A stretch of DNA of 64,000 nt from Polyangiaceae bacterium (GCA_050287085.1 JBNKBE010000014.1:113109-177108), one strand, 5' to 3'. Shown: positions 18,946-30,137, counted from the first letter of the stretch. Made by a program: numbers and translations. The notes: generated by a model from the letters alone, not told the origin.

Positions 18946-20415
18946 ATGCAGACCCCCGAAATCACATTCGCGGCTCTTACCGACGTCGGGCGCAAGCGTG
19001 AGCACAATGAGGACAACTTCCTCGTCGACAAGAAGCTCTCCTTCTTCGTTGTTTGTGACGGCATGGGGGGACACGCCGCCGGAGAAGTCGCCAGCGCGAT
19101 CGCGGTTCGTACGCTACACGACGAACTCAAGAAGGAAGTCGAGATGCTGGAGGACTACTGCGAAGACAAGCAGGGTGCCGATCGCGTCAATCAGAAGGAC
19201 ATCCTCAACATGCTTGAGTTTGCTGCCAATCGCGCCAGTCGAGCCGTGCATGAGGCCGCCCAAGCAGACGCCAGCAAACGCGGCATGGGCACGACGCTGG
19301 TGGCCGTTCTATTCCTGCGCTCGCAGGCGTTTATCGTTCATGTCGGAGACAGCCGCGCCTACCTACTCCGCAACGGGGTGCTGGAACAACTGACGGACGA
19401 TCACAACGTCCACAACGAGCTGATGCGCCGCAAGAAGCTCACCAAAGCGGAAATCCTGCGCCTTGCACCGAAGAACGCCATCACGCGCGCGGTCGGTGTA
19501 TACGAAAGCTGTGAACCCGATACCCTGGTGATGGACGTAGTATCGGGTGACCGCTTCCTGCTCTGCTCGGACGGGCTCAGCGAGTACTTCGAAGGACCCC
19601 ATGGCGCGCCCGAGCAACTCGCCAGCCTCCTCGAGTCTCCGGATGCCGAGCAGACCACCCGTGAACTGATCGAAGTCGCCAACTCGAAGGGCGGCAAGGA
19701 CAACATTACGGCCGTTGTTGTCACGGTGGGTGACTTGGGCGAGGAAGACCAGACTCGTGCTGCACGCCTCGAGCTCAAGAAGACCGTGCTCGGTGACTTG
19801 CCGTTCTTCAATACGTTGGACGATAGGGAGTTGCTGCGCGTTCTGCAGGCGACCAAAGAGCTCGAATTTCAGGATGGGGATCGCATCATCACCGAAGGTG
19901 AGCGGGGCGACTCGCTCTACATCCTGCTCAAAGGTCAGGTCCGCGTGGTGCGCGCCGCCGCAACACTCAAGACTCTCTACGCTGGTGAACACTTCGGAGA
20001 GATGGCGCTGATCCGCAGTCAACCGCGGTCTGCGAGTATTCTGGCGGAGGGCCCCACCGAGCTATTGTGCATTCACCGCGGCGACTTCTTCGAAATCTTA
20101 CGGAGTCAACCTCGCCTTGCCGTCAAGCTCTTGTGGCAGTTCACGGGGGTTCTCGCGGACCGCCTAGCGGACACCAACCGCGACCTAGGCGTAGCGCGCG
20201 AAGAACTGGCAGAAGAAATCGATCCGGACGATGTAACCGAAGAGCTCTTCGGCTGGGATCCCGAAGACGAGCGCGAGACGATTCGGGTCCCGGCGCCAGC
20301 CAGTGGCCCACCACAATCACGTCGCTTTGGGGCCAGCGCCCCCCCAGCCGAGCCGCCAACGCCCCTGCACGAGACAGCCCAGCCGCGGACGCCCGAAACC
20401 GGAAAGAAAGTGTGA
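18946..20415 (+). CDS. PP2C/Stp1-type Ser/Thr phosphatase fused to a cyclic-nucleotide-binding domain
   Basis: TDVGRKREHNED, VCDGMGGHAAGEVAS, HVGDSRAY, LCSDGL, GGKDNIT; cNMP FGEMALI...PRSASI; start moved to ATG 18946. Confidence 0.92.
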   Translation: MQTPEITFAALTDVGRKREHNEDNFLVDKKLSFFVVCDGMGGHAAGEVASAIAVRTLHDELKKEVEMLEDYCEDKQGADRVNQKDILNMLEFAANRASRAVHEAAQADASKRGMGTTLVAVLFLRSQAFIVHVGDSRAYLLRNGVLEQLTDDHNVHNELMRRKKLTKAEILRLAPKNAITRAVGVYESCEPDTLVMDVVSGDRFLLCSDGLSEYFEGPHGAPEQLASLLESPDAEQTTRELIEVANSKGGKDNITAVVVTVGDLGEEDQTRAARLELKKTVLGDLPFFNTLDDRELLRVLQATKELEFQDGDRIITEGERGDSLYILLKGQVRVVRAAATLKTLYAGEHFGEMALIRSQPRSASILAEGPTELLCIHRGDFFEILRSQPRLAVKLLWQFTGVLADRLADTNRDLGVAREELAEEIDPDDVTEELFGWDPEDERETIRVPAPASGPPQSRRFGASAPPAEPPTPLHETAQPRTPETGKKV

Positions 20416-20467
20416 GCGATGCCAACCAGCGTTGCTTCTGCCCAGCCAGCGGGCAGCGCACCTGTGG

Positions 20468-20496
20468 TTGACTTTCGCAATGGGCGCAAATAGCGT
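20468..20496 (+). promoter_or_regulatory. sigma70-type promoter TTGACT-17 bp-TAGCGT, 7 nt before in-frame GTG (leaderless)
   Basis: Near-consensus -35/-10 with 17-bp spacer. Confidence 0.6.
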
Positions 20497-20503
20497 CCAT
20501 GTC

Positions 20504-21982
20504 GTGCCAACTTCAATCCGTCGCGACGCATTGGGCCGAATGTGCCCGCGACGCGAAGGGAAAGCTCGCCGCAAGGGCTGGCTTCATGGGGGCGCCCTAG
20601 CGCTCGCTTTGCTGACGTGGTGTGCGCTCGCGCCGGCAGCTGAGCTCGACGCGACGCCCGCGACTTCCGCGGCCCTCGCGACGACGACGCCAAAGACCTC
20701 TCAGCCGGAAACCGCTCGCGTGAAGCCAGCAGCGGCTTCGGCGACGCCGTTGGCCACCGCCAGCCCTCTGCCCATGGCTCAGCCGACGCTCGATCGAACG
20801 TCCTTCGATCCGGACTTGGCCTCGACACTCGACCCTGTTCTCCTGGAGGCAGCGGCCGATCTCGAGTTGCAGGGTGCACGGGTCCTGCCTACGGGGTGGG
20901 GGCCGATTGACGAAACGGCGTTGCTCGCACTCGGCGAACAACACTGGGCATTTCAGGCCCAATTGCAGGCGAGCGAGGATCACCTCATTCTGCGACTGAG
21001 TGCCGTCGCCCCAGGCAGCGGTGTATTGGTTTCGCATCGCCTGCGGGTCACGCGCGATTCCCTCGAGGTCAATGCGGTGCGAGCCCTCAGCACGATCGTC
21101 TATCCGGAGAGGTCGTCGCGTCCGCGCCGTATCGCTCCCCCCGCAACGCCGCATCCAGAGAAGAAGCGACAACTCACCGGTCGAGCCATCTTGGCGGCAC
21201 AGGGCGTCACAATGGGAGGCTACTTCGGTTTTGCCCTCGATTGGATGAGCGGCTCCGAAGGCTCCAATCTGGTCTTCCCCCTGATGACGTTGGGGGCCGG
21301 CGCAGGCCTAGGCGCAGCCCTTGTCGCGGCAGAGGAATGGGAAGTCAACGAAACTGAGGCGAGATACCTCTGGGCGGCAGGCACGTGGCCAACGGTCGGA
21401 ACACTGCTCCTGACAGGCAGCTCCCACACCACGGGTGACGCCAACCATAGCCTGGCTCTCGGCGCCGGCGGCGCTGGCATTCTGCTCGGCTCGATTGCGC
21501 TCAGCACCGGAGGGCTCAAGGAAGGAGCTGACGCCCTTTCACACTCGGGGGCGACGCTCGGAGCATTGCTCGGCGGCATTGGCGAGTTGATGGTGCACGG
21601 CACAACCGATGAGATACCCCAAGCAGGGCTCGGGCTCGGCATGCTCACCGGCGTCCTCGTGGCCGGCTCCAGTGCCCCATGGATGCCACGCATCGGCGTA
21701 TACCGGGTGATGTTCGCCAACCTGAGCGCCGGTCTGGGTGCGCTAGCGGGCGCGGCTGCGCTCAGTCCCTTCCTGGTGAGCCGAACCCAGACTCCCGCCG
21801 TAGCGCGAACCTGGTTGGGAGGCACAGCGCTCGGAGCGGTGGGTGGAGCCGTCCTGGGCTTCGCCCTCACCGAAGACGAAAAGGAACCGGCCAAGCCGCG
21901 CTTGCAGTTCACCGTGAACCGCGAGCGAAGCCCACTCACCGGCGAAGTCTATCCAGCAGCACGCCTCGTAGGGCACTTTTGA
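20504..21982 (+). CDS. membrane protein with N-terminal exported domain and glycine-zipper-rich C-terminal TM region
   Basis: Signal-like ALALALLTWCALAPAA; many GxxxG hydrophobic helices; start inferred from promoter. Confidence 0.65.
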   Translation: MPTSIRRDALGRMCPRREGKARRKGWLHGGALALALLTWCALAPAAELDATPATSAALATTTPKTSQPETARVKPAAASATPLATASPLPMAQPTLDRTSFDPDLASTLDPVLLEAAADLELQGARVLPTGWGPIDETALLALGEQHWAFQAQLQASEDHLILRLSAVAPGSGVLVSHRLRVTRDSLEVNAVRALSTIVYPERSSRPRRIAPPATPHPEKKRQLTGRAILAAQGVTMGGYFGFALDWMSGSEGSNLVFPLMTLGAGAGLGAALVAAEEWEVNETEARYLWAAGTWPTVGTLLLTGSSHTTGDANHSLALGAGGAGILLGSIALSTGGLKEGADALSHSGATLGALLGGIGELMVHGTTDEIPQAGLGLGMLTGVLVAGSSAPWMPRIGVYRVMFANLSAGLGALAGAAALSPFLVSRTQTPAVARTWLGGTALGAVGGAVLGFALTEDEKEPAKPRLQFTVNRERSPLTGEVYPAARLVGHF

Positions 21983-21984
21983 TA

Positions 21985-22899
21985 GTGCGCAACTGGCTTA
22001 GCTTTCGGGTGGGGGAAAGCGATTCAGGAGCGCGCGCCGATAGCTTTCTAGCTCGGCAAGAGCTGACCCTCTCACGCCGGACTCTATCTCAGGTATTCGA
22101 GCAAGGGGGGGTCTTGCTCGATGGGGTTCCGACCCGGAAAGGGACGCGCCTGACGGCGGGCCAGGAGCTGCGCGTGCGGGTGCCCCCGAGCGACCAAGCA
22201 CATCCGAACCCCGACCTGAGTCTCGAAGTGACGTACCAGACCGACGACCTCGTCGTCGTGAACAAGCCGGCTGGACTCCCTTCAGCCGCGCGCGACGGAA
22301 GCGACAGGCGCACCGCGGCCAACGCCTTGGTCTATCGCTTTCCGGAAATGGCCGGCGTCGGCTACTCCCCGCGCGAACCCGGACTACTCCACCGCCTGGA
22401 CAACGACACCTCCGGCGCGCTGCTCGCGGCGCGTAGCCCAACCAGCTGGCAAACGCTGCGCACCGCGATGGACAGCGGCGGCATACTCAAGCAGTACCTG
22501 GCGGTCACTTCGCCGCCCCCACACGCTCAGGGGACGATCGAGGTACCCTTGACCCCCAATGGCCGACGCGTACGAGTGGATCCAAGAGGTGAACGCCCCG
22601 CACGCACCGACTATCAGCTGCTGCAATCGGTTGGACCGTTCAGTCTGCTATTGGTGAGCGCAAGACGCGCCTACCGACACCAGGTCCGCGTCCACCTAGC
22701 CAGTGTGGGGGCCGCGCTGGTGGGCGATCATCAGTACGGGGGACAGCCCGCTCTGAAGCGACATGCGCTCCATGCTTGGCGCATCGCATTCGACGGCACG
22801 CCCGAGCTTCCAGGATTTGATGTTAGAGTCGCTTTGCCCCTCGACCTAAGAACACTGCTCATGGATCTCGGCGCAAGAGAGCCCTTCGAGCCCCGGTAG
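21985..22899 (+). CDS. RluA/RluD-family 23S rRNA pseudouridine synthase with S4-like domain
   Basis: VVNKPAGL, catalytic HRLDNDTSG, HQVRVHLA, GDHQYG, ALHAW; start moved to GTG 21985. Confidence 0.9.
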   Translation: MRNWLSFRVGESDSGARADSFLARQELTLSRRTLSQVFEQGGVLLDGVPTRKGTRLTAGQELRVRVPPSDQAHPNPDLSLEVTYQTDDLVVVNKPAGLPSAARDGSDRRTAANALVYRFPEMAGVGYSPREPGLLHRLDNDTSGALLAARSPTSWQTLRTAMDSGGILKQYLAVTSPPPHAQGTIEVPLTPNGRRVRVDPRGERPARTDYQLLQSVGPFSLLLVSARRAYRHQVRVHLASVGAALVGDHQYGGQPALKRHALHAWRIAFDGTPELPGFDVRVALPLDLRTLLMDLGAREPFEPR

Positions 22900-22943
22900 G
22901 TTGAGCCCTGAGCCCAGCTTCACTCGGTGCGAGAGCGACGACA

Positions 22944-24812
22944 CTACGCCCGCCGAGCCATCGCGCTCCGGCCCCGCTTTGCCCCCGGAGTCGTCACACG
23001 GGAAGCCGCCACCGGCGCTCGACGACGGCATGTTGGCTCCGGCGCGGCCGCGCCCTGCAACCCAACGAGCAGCAGACGACACAAGGCCACACACAGCTCC
23101 GACGAAGGGATCCGGGGTTTGACCAGCAACACGCGCTCCTCCGTGAACTGTCCGCGACTCCACTGCAGGAGAGCACCGACGAAAGCTGGCTCCGCAGCGC
23201 AAACTTCGAGCAGAGCACGATGGGCCACCGAACGCTCTTCCACTTTCACAACCATCACCGGCTCGGCTAGTCCTGCAAACAAGCGATCGCCGCTTTCGAC
23301 CGCAACCTCAAACGCAAGCAGTCCCGGCGTCTGACGGGGCGGACGGAGCACCAAGCGAAGCTCGTCGACCGCGTCGTCGCAATCGGCCCGGCGGGCGTGC
23401 AACACGGTAGGATAGCCGATCCGGGCCAGGCGTCGCGCAAACGAAGTGAGCACCTGGCCCTGCACTTGAAGTACCGAACGCAACGCGGAAAGTCCCCCTA
23501 AGGGGAAATAGAGCGGAACCAAGGCACTGGTCGCGACAAGTCCGGCGACCCCCCAATAGGGCTCGCTATCAAGCAACCCCAGACAGGCCACAACTGTCAT
23601 CAGGCCACTGCCGGATAGAACTAGTAGCCCCAGCCAATTACCCGCATCCAGCACTCGTCCCCATCCCAAGGGAGGGGGTGAGGCCATGCTGAGAGCTTCT
23701 TCCGTGCTGCATATTTCCCAGCGACCGGGGCCCCGGGGTGAGGCTCTCCCAGCGCGAGGCACCATGACCGAAAGCAACAGCGCAACCAACCACAAGAACG
23801 CGGCGCTGGTCGGTTCCCTTACGTCCGCGGCCAAGACTATCGCTGCGGCAAACGCTAGGCCGATCGCGCTCATTCGCAGCCACGTCACCAGGGGCAGCAA
23901 GAAGGTGACGCGCGCCCTCGTCTGCTGGGCGAGGGCACTCAGCCAGCGCCACTTGAGCCAGAGCAAGAGCGCATAAGCGAAGCCCGCCGCCAGCGCCCAA
24001 ACCAGAACCTGGTAGCGCTGAGCGCGAGCTGCGGGCCGCACTCCAACCCCAGTAGCGGCGGCAACGGCCCCGCTCGGCTCGGACTCCGGACTTTCGACTG
24101 CAACCTCGCCGTCGAAACCGCCAAACAGCTCTGGACTGACCAAGAAGGACCAAAGCACGCGTTCACCACGAGCAACATGTGGTCGCGTCAGGGTCAACAC
24201 GTCGACCTCGGCTTCACGACGAAGCTCCGACAAGAAGACACCGTCGGCGCCCGAGGCCAGCTGCACGCCATGTGCGTCCTGAACCCGCGCCAACACCGGC
24301 TCGCCACGTCCCCGCGGCAGGCGGAACTCGGCCGTCACCGAATCCACCCCGTCGGGCAATTCGATGTGCCGCCACCGAACCTCACGCCGCCCCTCAGGAT
24401 CTCGCACCGCGCCATCGCTCACCAAGCGCGTTCGGTAGGAGAAGCGAACCCAATACTGACCCCCTGAAACGCCCCGCTTATAGCTGAGCTGCAGCTTGAG
24501 CGATTCTCCATCAACGGTCGGTACGAGAGGGATCGGATAGCCCGCCTCCTGCCCCGCCCGAGCACGCACAATCGACGCTTCCCCGAGGGGTTCGGCATCG
24601 CTGTCGACGCCCCGCACCATCAGCGACTTGAGCGGACCACCTCGGACTGTCACCGCGAGCTGATGGCTGATGAGGGCCCCGCCATCTGGATCTACGTCCA
24701 CCACCACGCGGTCGCCGTTGACCTCGAGCGAACTCCAAGCCCAGACCCGCAGGGGTGCAATCCACGCCAGAACGCTTACGATCAGGCAAAACCAGCGGAC
24801 ATCAGCACGCAC
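22944..24812 (-). CDS. hypothetical membrane protein, N-terminal beta-rich extracytoplasmic domain (DUF2207-like) plus several TM helices
   Basis: Signal peptide; VVVDVDPDGGALISHQLAV; about 5 hydrophobic helices. Confidence 0.6.
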   Translation of the reverse strand: MRADVRWFCLIVSVLAWIAPLRVWAWSSLEVNGDRVVVDVDPDGGALISHQLAVTVRGGPLKSLMVRGVDSDAEPLGEASIVRARAGQEAGYPIPLVPTVDGESLKLQLSYKRGVSGGQYWVRFSYRTRLVSDGAVRDPEGRREVRWRHIELPDGVDSVTAEFRLPRGRGEPVLARVQDAHGVQLASGADGVFLSELRREAEVDVLTLTRPHVARGERVLWSFLVSPELFGGFDGEVAVESPESEPSGAVAAATGVGVRPAARAQRYQVLVWALAAGFAYALLLWLKWRWLSALAQQTRARVTFLLPLVTWLRMSAIGLAFAAAIVLAADVREPTSAAFLWLVALLLSVMVPRAGRASPRGPGRWEICSTEEALSMASPPPLGWGRVLDAGNWLGLLVLSGSGLMTVVACLGLLDSEPYWGVAGLVATSALVPLYFPLGGLSALRSVLQVQGQVLTSFARRLARIGYPTVLHARRADCDDAVDELRLVLRPPRQTPGLLAFEVAVESGDRLFAGLAEPVMVVKVEERSVAHRALLEVCAAEPAFVGALLQWSRGQFTEERVLLVKPRIPSSELCVALCRLLLVGLQGAAAPEPTCRRRAPVAASRVTTPGAKRGRSAMARRA

Positions 24813-24926
24813 GTGCTAGCCGCTACGTCAAAGCCGCGAGACGGGCCAACAATGTGGCCGCGCCGCACCGACTCATGAACCAAGAGGACCGTCTCATCCC
24901 TGCGACCGGCGCGGGGATGATGTCAA

Positions 24927-26816
24927 CTACTGTGCAGGAGACGCAGTCGCTTGGGCAATGCCTGCCAGGGACGCAGCCGCGAGGTCCTCGGCCGCTGTGC
25001 GCGGCAAACTCCCGACCCAACTCGCCCGCACTTTGTCACCTTCGCGGAAGGTCTGGAAACGCAGCGTCATGGGCGTCTCACCCCGATTTGGCATCGCTTG
25101 AAGGACCATTGTAGTGGTTGCTGAATCAAGGCCGCGCTCGGCTCGAATCAACTGGAGCATACCGCGAGCGGAGGTCGCGAGCTGTGCGTTGCTGGGCACC
25201 GACTTGAGCTCTTCCAAGCCGGGGCGAGTTGCAAGCGTCGACTCGGCGGGCTGGGGTGCCAGCTGGAACTTCGCACGCTGGGCCAGAAGCTCAAGCTCGC
25301 CTCCACCCAGCAGCCAGCAGCGTTCGCCCGCGGGAACCAATAACAGGTTCTTGCGCACTCGCTCTCCCTTCTTCGGAGCGGGCCCGAGGAGTGCTTCTGT
25401 CGTTCCTCGACCCAACGTCTTGCGCCACAGCTGCGCATCCACATCGAGTGAGTAGGCCACCGTTCCTTGTGGCAACCCGCTCGGAGTGCGCGCTTTGGTG
25501 ATGGCCGGCAGCGCACCGAAGTCCTCACCTGCCTTTTCCTTCAGCAGCTTTCTGAGGGACTTATCATTGAGTACCGCAATCGTCGTTTCCAGGTAACGCC
25601 GGGTCACCGATCCGTCTTCGGGCAGTCCGCTGACCACATAGGCCAGCTCTCGCCCAGGCTCCCCGGAAACCCCCAGCGCAGAGACGGTATCTCCAGTCAG
25701 CAATCCCTCAGCCTCGAAGGCCGCTTTCCAATCATCCAATAGGGCATTGCTCGTGCCCCCCATGACCGCAGCGCTGGCGATGAGTTCCGAAAGGGCAGCC
25801 AGGGGAACTGCCACAGCCGCTTGTTGATGGTGCCCCGCGTTAAAGGCAACCAGCCCCGCGTCGTGAGGCAATGCCCAGAAGTGTTCGGTGGCCACGCTCT
25901 TGTCGTCGGCAAGCCCGGAAAGAAACCCTGCAGACCAGCTCTGCGAACCGGCATAGATCACATCCACCTGCGCGCGCAGTCGTTCCGGCTCGGAGTCAAA
26001 CGTCAGTTCAAGAGAGACGGTATCCAGCTCGTGACTCAGTGCTACCAGCTCGCCCGCAAGCCCGTGCAGCACTTCGGCCAGGGCGGCATCAAAACGCGGA
26101 TCCCCTTGGGCCAACTCACGGAGTGCAAAAGGCACCCCGGCTTTGATCAGGTTCGCTTGCTTGCCATAACGCGCCCGCAAAGCTTCCGAATAAAGCACAA
26201 CACGAATGTCACCCACACCGATGTCGACGTCCGGCAAAGTGGTTGCCATATATGGAGCCAGGACGTCCAAGGCTCGCCGTTCCTCGCTGCAGACCAGACG
26301 CGCGCTGTCCGGCTTGGAACCTACCGCGATCGCACATTCCGCATCTCCTTCAAGCGTCAGGTAGTGCATGAAGGGTGAGATCTGCTCCACCGCGTGGCCA
26401 CTCGCACGCAGGCGTTCGAGCGCAGCCATGTGGTCAGATAGCGCTAGCGAAACGCCAAACAGCGCTTCCGGCTGCCCACGCACCTCGGGATCGAGCACGG
26501 CCGCGATATCGAGCGAGCGATCAAAGCGAAGGAGCGAGGCGAGCTCAGGAAAGCGCTCAGCCACCGCGTCTTCCCACGGCAAGGGCAAGTTCGTATAGGC
26601 CCCCGCGTGCGTGAGCGTCGCCGCTGGCTCACGCACGCGAGCCAGCGCCACGATCTCCCGCGGTGCTGGCGCCGGCGCAGGCAATACCGGCTCGGGTTCC
26701 GCCGTCGCAACGGGCGCCGTTTCGACCTTCGGCGTCGGAGCAGGCTCGGCGGGTCCCCCACACCCCGATGACCACACTACACAAGTCAACAAGCCCCAGG
26801 CCGGTGTAAACCTCAT
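24927..26816 (-). CDS. hypothetical lipoprotein
   Basis: MRFTPAWGLLTCVVWSSGC lipobox-like start followed by Pro/Ala linker; start moved to ATG 26816. Confidence 0.65.
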   Translation of the reverse strand: MRFTPAWGLLTCVVWSSGCGGPAEPAPTPKVETAPVATAEPEPVLPAPAPAPREIVALARVREPAATLTHAGAYTNLPLPWEDAVAERFPELASLLRFDRSLDIAAVLDPEVRGQPEALFGVSLALSDHMAALERLRASGHAVEQISPFMHYLTLEGDAECAIAVGSKPDSARLVCSEERRALDVLAPYMATTLPDVDIGVGDIRVVLYSEALRARYGKQANLIKAGVPFALRELAQGDPRFDAALAEVLHGLAGELVALSHELDTVSLELTFDSEPERLRAQVDVIYAGSQSWSAGFLSGLADDKSVATEHFWALPHDAGLVAFNAGHHQQAAVAVPLAALSELIASAAVMGGTSNALLDDWKAAFEAEGLLTGDTVSALGVSGEPGRELAYVVSGLPEDGSVTRRYLETTIAVLNDKSLRKLLKEKAGEDFGALPAITKARTPSGLPQGTVAYSLDVDAQLWRKTLGRGTTEALLGPAPKKGERVRKNLLLVPAGERCWLLGGGELELLAQRAKFQLAPQPAESTLATRPGLEELKSVPSNAQLATSARGMLQLIRAERGLDSATTTMVLQAMPNRGETPMTLRFQTFREGDKVRASWVGSLPRTAAEDLAAASLAGIAQATASPAQ

Positions 26817-27014
26817 GGCGCATGACGCTAGCCCGCCTTCGCGCTCGTGCAAACCAATCCGCAGCCAAATCCGACATGTGAGCGCACTCGACCTAATTCG
26901 ATGCGGCTGACGACCGGACCGACGGGCGAGGGCAAAATGCTCAAGGCCCGACCGAGCATTGCCGGTCGGGCCTTGGCGAATCGTGGCTTGTCTCACGACC
27001 CACGCGCGGGGACG

Positions 27015-28913
27015 CTAGTTGCTCTCTTCGAACTCAGCGTCGATGACGTCCCCGCTGCCACCCTTCGGTGGCGGGGCGGCTTCGCCCGCAGGGGCGGACC
27101 CACCACCGGCAGGCGCCGCATTCTGGTACATCTTCGTTGCAACCTTGTGGGCTTCGGCCTCGAGGCGCCCTAAGACGTCCTGAATCTTGGAGTCGTTCTG
27201 TTGCTCTACAGCCTCGCGCCCTTCTTTGACCAAAGACTCGATGCTCTCGATTTCGGCAGCGTCCAGCTTCTCCTTATTCTCGCCGATCTGCTTCTCCAAC
27301 GTGTAGCACATGTTGTCGAGCTTATTCCGTCGCTCCACTTCGTCACGACGGCGCTTGTCCTCTTCTTCGTGCTCCGCGGCTTCAGCCACCATGCGCTCGA
27401 TATCGTTCTCTTCAAGACCGCTATTGGCAGTGATGGTGATCTTCTGATCCTTGCCGCTCGCCATATCTTTGGCGGTCACGCTCAGAATGCCATTGGCGTC
27501 GATGTCGAAGGTCACCTCGACCTTGGGAACCCCGCGCGGCGCTGGTGGAATGCCATCGAGGTGGAACTTACCCAACGTACGGTTCTGACCCGCTTGGGCT
27601 CGTTCACCCTGGAGTACGTGGATTTCCACCGACGGCTGGCTGTCAGCCGCCGTTGAGTAGATCTCCTTCTGCTGCGTCGGAATGGTTGTATTGCGCGGTA
27701 TCATCACCGTCATGACGCCGCCCAAGGTCTCCACGCCCAGGGACAGGGGAGTGACGTCCAGAAGAACGACGTCTTTGACGTCACCAGACAGGACGCCACC
27801 CTGCACTGCAGCGCCGATCGCCACCACTTCGTCCGGATTGACGCCCTTGTGCGGTTCTTTGCCGAAGAACTCCGATACCGTCTTCTGAACTAGTGGAATA
27901 CGCGTGGAGCCCCCCACCAGGACCACTTCATCAATATCCTTTGCCGACTTCTTCGCGTCCGCGAGAGCCTTGCGCACCGGCTCCATGGTGCGCTCGATGA
28001 GCGGCGCTATCATTTGCTCCAGCTTGGCGCGGCTGAGCGATACCTGCAAATGCTTCGGACCGCTTGCATCGGCCGTTAGAAACGGAAGATTGATGGTCGC
28101 TTGCTGAGTCGATGACAGTTCGATCTTGGCCTGCTCCGCGGCGTCTTTGAGCCGCTGAATCACCATCTTATCTTTGCTTACGTCAATGCCCGAGGTCTTG
28201 CGAAACTCGTCCATCAGCCAGCGCATGACGGTGTCGTCAACGTCGTCTCCCCCCAGATGGGTGTCGCCGTTGGTCGAGATGACCTGCACCACATTGTCGC
28301 CCACCTCGAGAATCGAAATGTCGAAAGTACCACCGCCAAAGTCGTAGACGGCGATGAGCTCGTTTTCCTTCTTGTCGAGCCCATAGGCTAGTGCCGCAGC
28401 CGTCGGCTCGTTGATGATGCGCTTGACCTCCAGACCGGCGATCTTGCCCGCGTCTTTGGTCGCCTGTCGCTGAGAGTCGTTGAAGTAAGCCGGTACCGTG
28501 ATGACCGCTTCCGTTACACTCTCTCCGAGAAAAGCCTCCGCGGCCTTCTTCAGCTTGCTGAGCACCTTGGCACTGACCTCAGGGGGCGCCATGCTCTTGC
28601 CTCGCACCTGAACCCACGCGTCGCCGTTCTTGCCCTTGACAACCTCGTAAGGCACTCGTTCAGCGTCGCTACCCAATTCGTCAAAACGACGACCAATGAA
28701 GCGCTTGACCGAATACACCGTCGCCTCCGGGTTGGTCACGGCCTGACGCTTGGCGATCTGACCGACCAAGATCTCGCCCTTGTCGTCCCAGGCCACAACG
28801 CTCGGCGTGATGCGCGACCCTTCCTCATTAACGATTACAGCGGGCTCTTTGCCGTCCATTACGCAGACAACGCTGTTGGTCGTGCCCAAGTCTATTCCAA
28901 TGATCTTTCCCAT
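27015..28913 (-). CDS. dnaK: molecular chaperone DnaK (Hsp70)
   Basis: [38 protein letters not shown]-terminal DAEFEE; GGAGGAG SD. Confidence 0.98.
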   Translation of the reverse strand: MGKIIGIDLGTTNSVVCVMDGKEPAVIVNEEGSRITPSVVAWDDKGEILVGQIAKRQAVTNPEATVYSVKRFIGRRFDELGSDAERVPYEVVKGKNGDAWVQVRGKSMAPPEVSAKVLSKLKKAAEAFLGESVTEAVITVPAYFNDSQRQATKDAGKIAGLEVKRIINEPTAAALAYGLDKKENELIAVYDFGGGTFDISILEVGDNVVQVISTNGDTHLGGDDVDDTVMRWLMDEFRKTSGIDVSKDKMVIQRLKDAAEQAKIELSSTQQATINLPFLTADASGPKHLQVSLSRAKLEQMIAPLIERTMEPVRKALADAKKSAKDIDEVVLVGGSTRIPLVQKTVSEFFGKEPHKGVNPDEVVAIGAAVQGGVLSGDVKDVVLLDVTPLSLGVETLGGVMTVMIPRNTTIPTQQKEIYSTAADSQPSVEIHVLQGERAQAGQNRTLGKFHLDGIPPAPRGVPKVEVTFDIDANGILSVTAKDMASGKDQKITITANSGLEENDIERMVAEAAEHEEEDKRRRDEVERRNKLDNMCYTLEKQIGENKEKLDAAEIESIESLVKEGREAVEQQNDSKIQDVLGRLEAEAHKVATKMYQNAAPAGGGSAPAGEAAPPPKGGSGDVIDAEFEESN

Positions 28914-29127
28914 TTGTGTCTCTCCTCCGCGCGAACCTTGGGCCGGGCGGTGATTCTCCGAACTTCGAATCGGTCAGAGCTAGTGCATGAATCGACCACT
29001 CTCTACCCCCAGCGGCGGGCCCCGGAGCCACGAACCTGGACGGGACCCATGGGGTCCGCACAGTCCGCTGCCTTCACGGTCCGCTGTGATAAACTCGCTG
29101 TTCAGGCTGGGAAGCGGTGGTGCGGCG

Positions 29128-29155
29128 AAAGTAACCACCTCAGTCTGCAGGTCAA
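29128..29155 (-). promoter_or_regulatory. candidate sigma70-type promoter for dnaK (TTGACC-16 bp-TACTTT)
   Basis: Near-consensus hexamers on minus strand about 215 nt upstream of the dnaK start. Confidence 0.4.
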
Positions 29156-29345
29156 CACCACCCCCCCCAACATTTCCGGCGAACTGCGGTTTGTACTGAC
29201 TCGACAGGCCCGCCGCTCGCGGGCCGAGACGACAAACGCCGAGCGCGTTGACAATCAGGCAACCTGCGCCGATAGAGCGCAGGCTGCCTGGTGTGTCCAC
29301 GGGGAAGGGCCAAGTGCCGGGCGTTGCGCAGACGAAAATCAAGCC

Positions 29346-30137
29346 ATGGGAGGAAGCACACGTGAGGCTCTCGAGATATTTCAACCCGTTCGGGCCTCCC
29401 GGGACTGCGTGTGGCTGGCGTGTTCCACTCCGGAGGGGCTCAGCAACTGGCAAGCCGATGAAGTTCGCGGCGACGTGAAGGTCGGCAGTACCCTGAGCTT
29501 TGGCTGGCCTACCCTGGGTGCCGCGCTGGAGGTCGAAGTCGTCGAGATCGTCAACCGCCTGGCCGTTGGCCTGCGCACAGGCCGGACCTCCCTGCGCGTC
29601 GAACTGGCGCCGGGTGGGGTCCGACTTCGCATCAACGACTACCCCACATTTGACACGGCTGCCTATGAAGCCTCTTGGCGCTTGGCGTTGGGGGAGCTCG
29701 CCTTCTACGCGGAGCATCATGCCTCCGCACGCAGACGGGTGCATCGCCGGACGGCAACAGCGCGGTGCTCCGCTGAAACGGCCTACCTGGCGTTCTCCGA
29801 AGCCCCGTTGCGCAGCCTGTGGCTGGACGCAGGTGAGAGGGCCCAGGGGCAGGGCGAAGCTCCGCGGTGGAGTGCCGCACGTATCGCGAGCGATCAACCA
29901 GGACACGGACTGGTATTGGCTCCCCAACTCCCCGATGCACCGCTGCTGGTGATGCGCACGCTGCCAGGACCGGACACGGCTGGAACCCGAACTCTTATGC
30001 TGGCCTGGTCGGAATGGGACGCTACGACGGATAGTCGTGCGGTCGAACGCGACCTCGACTCGGCCATCAAGCGCCTAGTGCGCTGGCTCGAGAGCGGCAA
30101 TCCAGCCATCGAAGGACAGCGACCACGCTATCCCTGA
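29346..30137 (+). CDS. tandem SRPBCC (AHSA1/START-like) domain protein
   Basis: VRASRDCVWLACSTPEGLSNW and degenerate second copy RCSAETAYLAFSEAPLRSLW; start moved to ATG 29346. Confidence 0.7.
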   Translation: MGGSTREALEIFQPVRASRDCVWLACSTPEGLSNWQADEVRGDVKVGSTLSFGWPTLGAALEVEVVEIVNRLAVGLRTGRTSLRVELAPGGVRLRINDYPTFDTAAYEASWRLALGELAFYAEHHASARRRVHRRTATARCSAETAYLAFSEAPLRSLWLDAGERAQGQGEAPRWSAARIASDQPGHGLVLAPQLPDAPLLVMRTLPGPDTAGTRTLMLAWSEWDATTDSRAVERDLDSAIKRLVRWLESGNPAIEGQRPRYP

